This document shows, piece after piece, positions 18,552-27,983 of a stretch of DNA of 64,000 nt (positions within the stretch are counted from its first letter, which is position 1; each line of letters begins with the position of its first letter). The position numbers were made by a program, and so were the translations under genes. Below the pieces are notes generated by a model that did not search any database, was not told the DNA's origin, and saw only the letters and a program-made list of their open reading frames with translations. The stretch is from positions 13,047 to 77,046 of the forward strand of contig NZ_DASVSI010000145.1 of NCBI RefSeq assembly GCF_036388155.1, read 5' to 3'. Source of the stretch: Hymenobacter sp. (lineage in GTDB: Bacteria; Bacteroidota; Bacteroidia; Cytophagales; Hymenobacteraceae).

Positions 18552-19949
18552 GTGACACTCATAAAATCTATTTCTGGCATTCGCGGCACCATTGGCGGCC
18601 CCGTTGGGCAAGGCCTGACTCCGCTTGACGTGGTGAAGTATGCCGCCGCTTACGGGAGCTGGGTTAAAACCCAGGCCACCGACAGCAAGCTCATCGTCAT
18701 TGGCCGCGACGCCCGTATTTCCGGCGAAATGGTTAGCCGCCTCGTGGCGGCCACCCTCCAAGGCCTCGGACTTGACGTGTGCGACCTGGGCCTGAGCACC
18801 ACGCCCACCGTGGAAATGGCCGTGCCCGCCAAAAAAGCTGCCGGGGGCATCATCCTCACGGCCTCGCACAACCCCAAGCAGTGGAATGCGCTGAAGCTGT
18901 TGAATGCCCACGGCGAATTTATTTCTGACACCGACGGGCAGCAGGTGCTCGCGTTGGCGGAGAGCGAAGGTTTTGAGTTTGCGCCCGTCACCAAGCTCGG
19001 TCAATACACCGTCGACACAACCTTCCTCAAAAAGCACATCAAGGCAATCTTGGCGCTGCCATTGGTCGACGTTGAAGCAATTAAAGCACGCAACTTCCGC
19101 ATTGTGGTAGATGCGGTGAATTCTTCGGGTGGCTTTGCAGTGCCGCAACTGCTGGAGGCCCTGGGAGTAACAACCATTGAAAAACTGCACTGCGAGCCCA
19201 CCGGCGACTTTGCGCACAACCCCGAGCCGCTGCCCGAACACCTGCGCGACATTGCCAAGGTGCTGGAAAAAGGCGGGTTCGACCTTGGCATCGTGGTAGA
19301 CCCGGACGTTGACCGTCTGGCGCTTGTAAGCGAGAACGGCGAAATGTTCGGCGAAGAGTACACGCTGGTGGCCGTGGCCGACTACGTGCTGAAAGCCTTG
19401 GGCGGTGGCAACACCGTGAGCAACCTGAGCAGCACCCGGGCCCTGCGCGACGTGACCGAAAAAGCGGGCGGCCAATACGCCGCCGCCGCGGTGGGCGAGG
19501 TGAACGTGGTGACCAAAATGAAGGAAACCAACGCCGTAATTGGCGGCGAAGGCAACGGTGGCATCATTTACCCGGAGCTGCACTACGGCCGCGACGCCTT
19601 AGTGGGCATCGCGCTGTTCTTGACGCACGTGGCCAAGTCGGGCCTCACCATGACTCGGTTGCGCAACTCGTACCCGAAGTATTTCATCTCGAAAAACAAG
19701 ATTGAGCTAACGCCGGAAATAAACACGGACGACGTGCTGGTGCAGATGGAGAAGCGCTACGCCAAGCAGCCGGTGAACACCATCGACGGCGTAAAAATCG
19801 AGTTCGACAAAGAGTGGGTGCACTTGCGCAAGTCCAACACGGAACCCATCATCCGGATTTACGCCGAATCGGATTCCAACGCCACGGCCGATTATTTGGC
19901 CCAGAAAATCATTGGCGACATCAAGGAAATTATTTCCGTGAAAGCGTAG
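18552..19949 (+). CDS. glmM: Phosphoglucosamine mutase / phosphohexomutase
   Basis: SISGIRG, TASHNP phosphoserine loop, DPDVDR metal loop, GEGNGG. GTG start. Confidence 0.88.
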   Translation: MTLIKSISGIRGTIGGPVGQGLTPLDVVKYAAAYGSWVKTQATDSKLIVIGRDARISGEMVSRLVAATLQGLGLDVCDLGLSTTPTVEMAVPAKKAAGGIILTASHNPKQWNALKLLNAHGEFISDTDGQQVLALAESEGFEFAPVTKLGQYTVDTTFLKKHIKAILALPLVDVEAIKARNFRIVVDAVNSSGGFAVPQLLEALGVTTIEKLHCEPTGDFAHNPEPLPEHLRDIAKVLEKGGFDLGIVVDPDVDRLALVSENGEMFGEEYTLVAVADYVLKALGGGNTVSNLSSTRALRDVTEKAGGQYAAAAVGEVNVVTKMKETNAVIGGEGNGGIIYPELHYGRDALVGIALFLTHVAKSGLTMTRLRNSYPKYFISKNKIELTPEINTDDVLVQMEKRYAKQPVNTIDGVKIEFDKEWVHLRKSNTEPIIRIYAESDSNATADYLAQKIIGDIKEIISVKA

Positions 19950-20094
19950 TAATCGGTTGGTCGACAAACGACTGAGCCATTGGTGAGCGGTAGTATCGGA
20001 GCGGTTACGGCCAATCTATCCGAGCTTTGTATGACGATATTGCGAAACTGCTAGGTGCACCCACACCTTGCAGTTCCGGTCTTCACTTCTGTAT

Positions 20095-21264
20095 ATGACG
20101 CAAACCACCTCTTCCACCCCTTCATTCGTTTATTTCGACAACGCCGCCACCACCCCGCTCGACCCTGAGGTGCTGCAAGCCATGCTGCCTTTTCTGAGCC
20201 AGCACTACGGCAACCCCAGCAGCTTGCACGGTCCCGGCCGGCAGGTGCGGGCGGCCATTGAAAACGCCCGCAAAACCGTAGCCCACCTGCTCAATGCCGC
20301 GCCGGCCGAAATTATTTTTACCAGCGGCGGCACCGAAGCCGACAACTACGCCGCCTTCGGCAGTATCCGGACGCTGGGGCTGAAGCACGCCATCACGTCG
20401 CCGCTGGAACACCATGCGGTGCTGCATCCCTTGCAAGCACTGGCCAAGTCCGGTGAAATTGAGCTGCACTACGTGCGCCACAACGAGCAGGGCACCCTGG
20501 ACATGGCCCATCTGGAAGAGCTGCTGGCCGGCCGGTCGCGCACGTTCGTCAGCCTGATGCACGCCAACAATGAGATTGGCAACCTCAACGACATTGTAAC
20601 CATTGGGGAAATTTGTGCTCAGCACAATGCCGTATTCCATACCGACACGGTGCAGACCATGGGGCATTACCGGCACGATGTGCAGCAGCTGAAAAACCAC
20701 TTTTTGGTAGGTTCGGCGCACAAGTTCCACGGCCCCAAAGGCGTTGGGTTCATCTATACGCGTAGCGGCGTGCAAGTGAGTCCGCTCATCCACGGCGGCG
20801 CGCAGGAGCGCAACGTGCGCTCGGGCACTGAGAACGTGTACGGCATTGTGGGCCTGGCCAAAGCGCTGGAAATTGCCGTTCGCGACCTAGCGGCGCACCA
20901 AACGCACGTGCAAGGGTTGAAAAACCGCTTCATCGAAAAGCTGCGGGCCGAAATTGACGACGTGCAGTTCAACGGCTGCTCAGAAATTGCTGATAAAAGC
21001 TTGTACACCGTGTTGAGCGTGAGCTTGCCGCCTTCAGCAATCAGTGAAATGCTGTTGTTCAATTTGGACATTAGCAAAGTAGCGGCGTCGGGAGGCTCGG
21101 CGTGTACCAGCGGGGCGCAGGCTGGCTCGCATGTACTTGAAGCATTGGGTTGCGACCCAGACCGGGCCACGGTACGCTTCTCGATGAGCAAGATGAACAC
21201 CGAGGCCGAAGTAGACTATGCCGTAGCGGCGCTGGCCAAGCTGTACCGTCCGGTGACGGCGTAA
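20095..21264 (+). CDS. iscS: Cysteine desulfurase (IscS/NifS group I)
   Basis: YFDNAATT, YGNPSS, SAHKFHGPKG (PLP Lys), SGGSAC. Confidence 0.9.
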   Translation: MTQTTSSTPSFVYFDNAATTPLDPEVLQAMLPFLSQHYGNPSSLHGPGRQVRAAIENARKTVAHLLNAAPAEIIFTSGGTEADNYAAFGSIRTLGLKHAITSPLEHHAVLHPLQALAKSGEIELHYVRHNEQGTLDMAHLEELLAGRSRTFVSLMHANNEIGNLNDIVTIGEICAQHNAVFHTDTVQTMGHYRHDVQQLKNHFLVGSAHKFHGPKGVGFIYTRSGVQVSPLIHGGAQERNVRSGTENVYGIVGLAKALEIAVRDLAAHQTHVQGLKNRFIEKLRAEIDDVQFNGCSEIADKSLYTVLSVSLPPSAISEMLLFNLDISKVAASGGSACTSGAQAGSHVLEALGCDPDRATVRFSMSKMNTEAEVDYAVAALAKLYRPVTA

Positions 21265-21318
21265 CTGGAGCTGTTGAGGGGCGAATAGTGGTGTCAACCC
21301 TCGCAAGCCGCAACTCTT

Positions 21319-22512
21319 CTAAAACTGCCCGGTAGCCCCACCGCCGCCCGATTGCCCGCCGCCAAACTCGAAGCCGCTGGTGACGGGAGCCTCCGGCGCG
21401 TGAGCGGTTTGGGCTTGAATCAGGTTTTCGAGGTTGAAATGGCGCGGCTCGTCGGGCAGGGAGGTGAGGCCGAAGCGGGCCGGCCGTAGCACCCGCAGCA
21501 GCCCGCCGGCCAGCACCGTGAGCACAACCCCGCCCACCAGGGCCGCAATTTCGGGCGGCAGCAGCGAGCGGTAGTACCGCAGGGTAAAGAGCGAAAACGC
21601 CAGCGCCAGCAGGCCCAGCAGGAGCAGGGCACGGTCGGCCCGGCGCAGTCCCAGCGTCACGTAAAGCAGGGGAATGCCGGCCGTGAGCGCATAAAACATC
21701 GGCGCAAACGGAATTTGGGTGGAGGTAAACTGGTGGCGCAGTTCCGCGTTGCCTTCCCGCACCACCAGGTAGTTGCCGGCGAGGTACAGCACCGCTAGCC
21801 CCAGCACCTTGAGCACAAGTAGGCAATTGGCGTAGCAGTCGGCGAGGTACGTGCTGGCTAGGCGCCGGGCCAGTGCACGGTACAGCAGCAGCAGGCCCCC
21901 GGCGGCGGCCATCAGGAGGAAGGGAAGCAGCATCTGGCCCAACGCACTGTTGAACCCAAGCAGCGCGACTAATAGCAGTGTCACGGTAACGGCCGCTGCC
22001 GTCACGATGGCATCGGCGTAGCGTAGGACGGCGGCTCCCAACAGGGCAAGTACCAACAGAAACACCGGGTAGCTGGCCCCTAGACTGAGGTAATAGCGAC
22101 CGCTCAGGGGCCACAGGTGTTCCGAAAAAGCGTAGTAGATGAGCCCGCCAGCGCTGGTTAGCCCCGCGTATAGCAAGGCATTGTCGACCCCGGCGTGGTA
22201 GAAGCGTCGCTCTTTAATCATCAGCTCCAGGATACCGAAACAGGCTGCGCAAAAGAACAGCCCCGCGGCGAACGGCGAATTGCCCCCCACAACCAGAAAG
22301 ACAAAGCCGCTGCCCAGCGCCAGCCCGATGGCCGCGAAAATAAACAGCCCCACGCGCAGGGGCCAGGCCGGCCGGTAGTATTCCAGTGGGTAGGCCGCTT
22401 CGATGGCGGTCAGTTGGTCGGCGCTGACCAGCTGCTGGCGCTGCCATCGCGCCGCCCGGTTCCGCACCGCCGCATTGAAGGCCCAATCTAGGTTGTAAGC
22501 CGGTATTTTCAT
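21319..22512 (-). CDS. Polytopic membrane protein, partner of the DUF2157-like gene
   Basis: About 10 TM segments; Gly-rich acidic tail GFEFGGGQSGGGGATGQF; ATGA overlap with the upstream gene. Confidence 0.75.
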   Translation of the reverse strand: MKIPAYNLDWAFNAAVRNRAARWQRQQLVSADQLTAIEAAYPLEYYRPAWPLRVGLFIFAAIGLALGSGFVFLVVGGNSPFAAGLFFCAACFGILELMIKERRFYHAGVDNALLYAGLTSAGGLIYYAFSEHLWPLSGRYYLSLGASYPVFLLVLALLGAAVLRYADAIVTAAAVTVTLLLVALLGFNSALGQMLLPFLLMAAAGGLLLLYRALARRLASTYLADCYANCLLVLKVLGLAVLYLAGNYLVVREGNAELRHQFTSTQIPFAPMFYALTAGIPLLYVTLGLRRADRALLLLGLLALAFSLFTLRYYRSLLPPEIAALVGGVVLTVLAGGLLRVLRPARFGLTSLPDEPRHFNLENLIQAQTAHAPEAPVTSGFEFGGGQSGGGGATGQF

Positions 22513-23552
22513 GCTTGCGGAGAGGACGTGGGCGACTTAGGCACGTCGGTTGGTCCGCGCATGATTTTCTTGATGTTGATAAAGAAAACCACCACCAGTA
22601 TGGCTGACAGCGGAAACTGAAAGAACGCAGCCATGAAAACGAGTTCGGAAGGCAACAGCATCACGACCTGCACCAGCACGTAGCCCACCGCGAAGTAGGC
22701 GTAGCCGGCCGCCAGCACCAGAAACCAATACGACTGCGTGCGCCGGGCATACCAGTACAGGCCCGCGCACAGCGCCAGTATCACCACCACGTAGCTCAGC
22801 CCCAGTATCGGCTGGTCGTGCAAGGCTGCCTGGACCAGCAAAGTAGCCAGTGCGGCCAGTGCCAGGTTGCTACCCAGCAGCAGGTAGGTGAAAGCAAAAT
22901 GCGCTTTGCGGTCCCGGTATTCGGAGTAGAAACCCGCCGCCATCAATAGCAGTCCCAAGCCGATAGCTGCCCCGCGAATGCGGTCGTTCCAAAACTCGTT
23001 CTCGGTGAGCACGGCCAGGGGCGCCACCGTAAGGCCCACCCACGAGGCCAGCGCCGTGAGGCCCATGGCAAGTACGCCGCGGTGGTCGAATGCATAAGCG
23101 AGCGGTAGAAATACCAGCGCAGGTACCGCCGTAGCCAGCCCGTAGCGCGTACCAAAAACGTTGTATTGATACTGCGCGTAGCCTTCCAATACCACAAACA
23201 GCAGACAGCCGAGCAGCAGCAGGTAGTCGGCCCCAACGGAAGTGCGCGAACTCATTCCCCAAGTAAAAGGCGCCCGGTGCCGGGCCGCATAGCCGAAGCA
23301 GGCAGCCATTAGGGCAGCAATTACTAAGATGATAAAGCCGTGCCCAATGCTATCGATATTCTGGTAAATGAGCACGCCCAAGCCACCCGCCAGCAGCGTG
23401 ATGCCCAGGTAGAGCAGCGCCCGCAGCTCGTAGTGCAGCGAAAAGGGGCGGGCTTCGTCGGCCGCCGCAATGGCGGCCGCCTGCTCGGGCAGAAACAGGC
23501 CCCGGGCCTGCAAATCGGCCAGGTAAGGGTTAGACTCAGGCGAGAACGGCAT
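22509..23552 (-). CDS. DUF2157-like predicted membrane protein
   Basis: N-terminal LQARGLFLPEQAAAI, FSLHYELRALLYLG, about 9 TM segments. Confidence 0.75.
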   Translation of the reverse strand: MPFSPESNPYLADLQARGLFLPEQAAAIAAADEARPFSLHYELRALLYLGITLLAGGLGVLIYQNIDSIGHGFIILVIAALMAACFGYAARHRAPFTWGMSSRTSVGADYLLLLGCLLFVVLEGYAQYQYNVFGTRYGLATAVPALVFLPLAYAFDHRGVLAMGLTALASWVGLTVAPLAVLTENEFWNDRIRGAAIGLGLLLMAAGFYSEYRDRKAHFAFTYLLLGSNLALAALATLLVQAALHDQPILGLSYVVVILALCAGLYWYARRTQSYWFLVLAAGYAYFAVGYVLVQVVMLLPSELVFMAAFFQFPLSAILVVVFFINIKKIMRGPTDVPKSPTSSPQA

Positions 23553-23722
23553 GGGAGGGAACCGGTTGTTGTGGCACCGGGGCGGCTGCAATTACAGCAT
23601 TTGTAGGGGCAACTGTGCCGCTACGGCTCCGTACTTTGGGCCGGGCATTAGTAGCAGGCCGTGGAAGTAGGCCGACTATTTTTGCCTTGTTTCGTAAGTC
23701 AACGCATCACCCATCATCTGAC

Positions 23723-24382
23723 ATGGCCGACATCAATATTCAACGCAAGAAATCGGCTCCGAGTCCGTGGATTCTGGTGCTGCTGGCAGCTATAGTGCTG
23801 GCTGCGGCGGCCTATTTCTTTTTACGGCCTAACCCAGCCGATGAAACTGCCCCGGCAGCGACTACCGCTCAGGAGGGAATCGTTGACACCGCCGTAACGG
23901 CCACCTCTACCCAATTAGCTATTGATTCTGCAACGGCTGCGCCTGATAGGAACAGCACTTCCAGCGTTGGCGAGTCGGAAACGGCGGCTTCGCTAGCGAC
24001 TCAGGCGTCGTCGGACCCGTCCGCTCCTGACTACGCGCTCAACGGCCTGCAAAAGCTGACGGGCGTGCTGGTGGCACTGGCCGACCGGGACGACCTTCGC
24101 GACCCAACCGTCATCGAGCAGCGCGACAACTTAACCAGTGCCACCAACCGCTTGGGCGAACCCAATGCGGGGCTGCGCGCCGGATTTGTGGCCGCGGCTT
24201 CGCTCATCCGCGCCATGCAGCAAAAGGCCTATCCGGAATTGGGCGACGTGGCAGACGATTTGGTGCGCCAGGCCAACCAGCTTTCTGGCCGCAGCGCAAC
24301 CGCCGCCGAACAGCAGCAGAACAAGCAATTTCTTGCCCAGGCCGCCGACGCCGTGCGCGTGCTGAGCGAGCCTGCCAAATAA
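23723..24382 (+). CDS. Membrane-anchored hypothetical protein
   Basis: MADINIQRKK, then W-rich TM, Thr/Ala linker and a helical C-terminal domain. Confidence 0.7.
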   Translation: MADINIQRKKSAPSPWILVLLAAIVLAAAAYFFLRPNPADETAPAATTAQEGIVDTAVTATSTQLAIDSATAAPDRNSTSSVGESETAASLATQASSDPSAPDYALNGLQKLTGVLVALADRDDLRDPTVIEQRDNLTSATNRLGEPNAGLRAGFVAAASLIRAMQQKAYPELGDVADDLVRQANQLSGRSATAAEQQQNKQFLAQAADAVRVLSEPAK

Positions 24383-24396
24383 CGTACCCTTAGGTT

Positions 24397-24837
24397 ATGG
24401 ATACTCCCGTGCTACGTCGCTTGCGCGACCTGACCGATTTTGAAGTGGCCGACGGCAACCCCGACGTACGCGGGTGGACCGTGCGCGGCGGCGATGGCCA
24501 AGCCCTGGGCGTGGTACACGAGCTGATTGTGGACCTTCAAGCGCTGAAAGTGCGCTACCTCGACATCGAGCTAGACACCCGCTTTCACATAAACGAGCAC
24601 GAAAACCACATTTTGCTGCCCATTGGGGTGGCCTCCCTCGATAGCGACGGCGACAACGTTTTTGTGCCCGCGCTCAATGCGGAGTCGGTGTTGAACTACC
24701 CGCCCTACGTCGAAATTCAGATTACGCGCGAGTACGAAACCGCCATGATGCGCGCGCTAGGGTTAGAGCCGGTGCCCGACGGTGACTTCTACGGCAGCCC
24801 CGCGCATGATGTAAGTGCGTTTTATCGCCGCCGCTAG
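24397..24837 (+). CDS. PRC-barrel domain protein
   Basis: FEVADGNPDVRGWTVRGGDGQALGVVHELIVD...VRYLD, as in the PRC-H C-terminal barrel. Confidence 0.85.
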   Translation: MDTPVLRRLRDLTDFEVADGNPDVRGWTVRGGDGQALGVVHELIVDLQALKVRYLDIELDTRFHINEHENHILLPIGVASLDSDGDNVFVPALNAESVLNYPPYVEIQITREYETAMMRALGLEPVPDGDFYGSPAHDVSAFYRRR

Positions 24838-24882
24838 GCTCACCGCACGCAACCTTTTGGGTATGAAGTAGCTCTTGCTGCC

Positions 24883-25623
24883 ATGAACCTACTTGTACTC
24901 TTTTCATTGGCCGCTTTCTTACTGGCAGGGTGCGCCCGTACGCTGGTGCCTCACACTGCCTATATCCCGCTCACCCGCGACCAAGGCCAAGCCGAGATAC
25001 GGATTTCGACGGGCACCAACGCCAGTGAATTGCAAGCCGGTTATCAAGTCACCAACAAACTGGTAGTGCATACCGCTTTACTCAGCAAGGGACGCTTGAG
25101 CACCGCCAAGGGCTTTCGCTCCGCGGACCTGGGCCTGGGGTATTACTACGAGTCGCCGAATGGCTTGTGGCGACTGGGTGGGCACGCGGGTTTGGCTACG
25201 GGGGGTGGCAGCTCGGGCAGCACTGGCGCATGTTTCGAGTGCACTGGCACTGGTTCTGCTACGGAATACCGGGTACGTTATACCTATGGCTATGTCCAGC
25301 CCACTGTGATATTAGTAGAGGACAACCGAAGCTGGGGCTTTGGCTTGCGGGTGGGCCGAGCCTATTACCACCGCTTCGAAAGGATGCGCGCTGATACGCT
25401 CGGTGGCCCGGTCCAGACCACGTCCTTTGCCGGGCGCCAAATCACCTTTATTCAACCAACCTTTCAATACGGCTACCAGGTGTCGCGCTGGTTTGCGCTT
25501 TCCGGCGTCTTGGGCCTGCAAGGGTTCGTCGAGACGCCACAAATTGGAAACGACATGAGCCTTTTTGTGGGGCAGGTGAGCGCACACATAGTGCTAAACA
25601 AGCGCGGGACCGAAAAACCTTAG
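24883..25623 (+). CDS. Hypothetical lipoprotein with beta-barrel-like strands
   Basis: Lipobox LAGC; alternating aromatic strands; CFEC motif. Confidence 0.65.
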   Translation: MNLLVLFSLAAFLLAGCARTLVPHTAYIPLTRDQGQAEIRISTGTNASELQAGYQVTNKLVVHTALLSKGRLSTAKGFRSADLGLGYYYESPNGLWRLGGHAGLATGGGSSGSTGACFECTGTGSATEYRVRYTYGYVQPTVILVEDNRSWGFGLRVGRAYYHRFERMRADTLGGPVQTTSFAGRQITFIQPTFQYGYQVSRWFALSGVLGLQGFVETPQIGNDMSLFVGQVSAHIVLNKRGTEKP

Positions 25624-26714
25624 CTGCGTTTAATCATCTCCACCACGGTGTCAACCCACTGCGGCTCGGAGTTTAGGGAGGGTACAAGCTGCCAATGGCC
25701 TCCACCTGATTCCTCAAATAGGTCCTTGAATTCCTCGCCCACTTCGATGGTCGTCTCCAAGCAGTCGGCAACGAAGGCGGGGCTGAAAGCCAGCACGTTT
25801 TTGATGCCTTTGGCCGGGAATTCCTTCAGTACCTCGTCCGTGTAAGGCTGCAGCCACGGGTCGCGCAAACGGCTTTGCAAGCGGCTCTGGAAGCTGACGG
25901 TATACTGCTCGGGCTTCAGGCCCAACTCTGCCGCAACTAAGCGCGACGTGGCAAAGCATTGCGCGCGGTAGCAGTACTGGTTCTGGTCGGTGAGGGTGTC
26001 GCAGCAGCTGCCGAAGCGGCAGTAATTGGTCGGGTCTCCTTTCTTGACGTGGCGCTCGGGGATGCCGTGGTAACTGAACACCACGTGGTCGTAGTCGTGC
26101 TTAGCCATCTCGGCCCGGCCGCGCGCCGCAATGGTGGCAATGAAGCCCGGCTCGGTGGCAAACTGGCTGATGAAGCTGATGCTGGGCACTATCCACCAGT
26201 CTTTCACAATGTCCATCACCTTTTCCTGTACCGACCCGGTGCTGGCCGAGGCATACTGCGGAAACAGCGGCAGCACCACAATGCGCTCCACGGCTGCATC
26301 CTGCAGTTCCTTCAGCGCGCTCGCAATGCTGGGGTTCTGGTAACGCATACCAAAGGCCACCACGTAGCCAGGGCCCAGCGCAGCCTGTACTTTCTTCTGA
26401 AGGTCAAGCCCGTGGAACAGCAGGGGAGAGCCGCGCTCCGTCCAAAGCTCCTGGTAGATTTTGGCCGACTTGGGCGCGCGCAACGGCACCACCAAGCCCT
26501 GAAACAGTGGGTAGCGAATGGCCGCTGGCATGTCTACCACTCGGCCATCGGTGAGAAATTCGTTGAGGTAACGGCGCACGTCCGGCGTTTTCGGCGAGTC
26601 GGGCGTGCCAAGGTTGACGAGCAAAACGCCAACGCGGCGGGCGGTAATAGTGGCCGCAGCCGCAGCAGGCGTTGGCGCAGCAGCGGTGTTGGGAGCAGAG
26701 GTAAGAGGATTCAT
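25620..26714 (-). CDS. hemH: Ferrochelatase
   Basis: LLVNLGTP, MRYQNP, PLFPQYASAST, FSYHGIP, FVADCLET. Confidence 0.95.
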   Translation of the reverse strand: MNPLTSAPNTAAAPTPAAAAATITARRVGVLLVNLGTPDSPKTPDVRRYLNEFLTDGRVVDMPAAIRYPLFQGLVVPLRAPKSAKIYQELWTERGSPLLFHGLDLQKKVQAALGPGYVVAFGMRYQNPSIASALKELQDAAVERIVVLPLFPQYASASTGSVQEKVMDIVKDWWIVPSISFISQFATEPGFIATIAARGRAEMAKHDYDHVVFSYHGIPERHVKKGDPTNYCRFGSCCDTLTDQNQYCYRAQCFATSRLVAAELGLKPEQYTVSFQSRLQSRLRDPWLQPYTDEVLKEFPAKGIKNVLAFSPAFVADCLETTIEVGEEFKDLFEESGGGHWQLVPSLNSEPQWVDTVVEMIKRS

Positions 26715-26906
26715 CGGTGCAAAGTTCAGCAGCAGCGCGCGGACTACCGGCCGTGCGGCTAAGCAACCGTTTTGGCAGGGCCTTGGTTTGCCTGCTTCAG
26801 CAAAGGCCATGTGGCTGCGCTGCCAAAGCCGCGTTTTGGGCACTGGCAGCCGGTGCCACCTCCTGCCTTCTTTGGGGCAGTAATAGCTTTTGCCATGCAA
26901 ATCTCG

Positions 26907-26914
26907 TACCTTTG
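26907..26914 (+). promoter_or_regulatory. -7 box (TACCTTTG) for era-der
   Basis: Exact consensus 27 nt before the era GTG. Confidence 0.6.
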
Positions 26915-26941
26915 CGGCCCTGATTATCAAACCCATCCATC

Positions 26942-27838
26942 GTGAACCCCGAAATTAAACCCCATCGTGCCGGCTTCGTGAGCATCATCGGCAAGCCCAA
27001 CGTGGGCAAGTCCACGCTCATGAACGCGCTGGTGGGCGAGCGGCTCAGCATCGTTACCAGCAAGGCCCAAACCACCCGCCACCGCATCCTAGGGATTCTC
27101 AACGGCGAAGATTTTCAGCTCATTTATTCCGATACGCCGGGCATCATTCAGCCGAAGTACGAGCTCCACAACGCCATGATGTCGTTTGTGTACTCCTCGC
27201 TCGAAGACGCCGACGTGGTCCTGTTCGTGACGGATATTTATGAAAAGCACGACGAAGAACCTGTGGTGGAGCGGCTGCGCAAAATGGTGGACACGCCTAT
27301 TATTCTGCTGGTTAACAAAATCGACCAGGCCGACCAAGCAGAAGTAGAAGCCAAGCTGGCCTACTGGAAAGAACAGCTTCCCAACGCCACCGAGGTATTG
27401 CCCATTTCAGCCCTCAATGCATTCGGCACCGAGAAGGTGTTGCAGATGGTGCTGGAGCGCCTGCCTATTCACCCCGAATACTATCCAAAAGACGAACTAA
27501 CTGACAAGCCAGAGCGTTTTTTTGCTGCAGAGATGGTTCGCGAGAAAATCTTCAAGCTGTATAAAAAGGAGATTCCCTACAGCTGCGAGGTTGTCATCGA
27601 AGAGTTCAAAGAAGAAGAAACCATCATCCGCATTCGCGGCATCATTTACGTGGAACGCAGCAGCCAAAAAGGCATCATCATCGGTGCGGGCGGCGAGGCG
27701 CTGAAGAAAGTTGGCACCTGGGCCCGGGAGGAAATGGAGAAGTTTTTCCTGAAGAAGGTGTTCCTCGAACTCCACGTAAAAGTGAACGAGAACTGGCGCA
27801 CCGACCCCAAGGCCCTGAGCCGTTTCGGCTACCAGTAA
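26942..27838 (+). CDS. era: GTPase Era
   Basis: GKPNVGKS, TTR, DTPG, NKID, C-terminal KH domain. Confidence 0.97.
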   Translation: MNPEIKPHRAGFVSIIGKPNVGKSTLMNALVGERLSIVTSKAQTTRHRILGILNGEDFQLIYSDTPGIIQPKYELHNAMMSFVYSSLEDADVVLFVTDIYEKHDEEPVVERLRKMVDTPIILLVNKIDQADQAEVEAKLAYWKEQLPNATEVLPISALNAFGTEKVLQMVLERLPIHPEYYPKDELTDKPERFFAAEMVREKIFKLYKKEIPYSCEVVIEEFKEEETIIRIRGIIYVERSSQKGIIIGAGGEALKKVGTWAREEMEKFFLKKVFLELHVKVNENWRTDPKALSRFGYQ

Positions 27839-27839
27839 A

Positions 27840-27904
27840 GTAGCGCGGACTTTTAGTCCGCGACGCAATAGCACTACCACGCGCGGACTAAAAGTCCGCG
27901 CTAC
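27840..27904. repeat. GTAG-type REP doublet (REPIN-like)
   Basis: GTAGCGCGGACTTTTAGTCCGCG at 27840-27862 and its exact reverse complement at 27882-27904; each unit is GTAG plus an internal palindrome. Confidence 0.85.
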
Positions 27905-27983
27905 ATCAAATCCGACCATCTATAACCTAAATAACCCCGGGCACTGCCGAATCTAGGTCGGGTCGGCGGCTGGGGCACACAAC

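Noticed and set aside
27905-27983. GC-rich partial hairpin upstream of der
   Set aside because: Pairing is short and imperfect; cannot be told apart from chance without covariation data.
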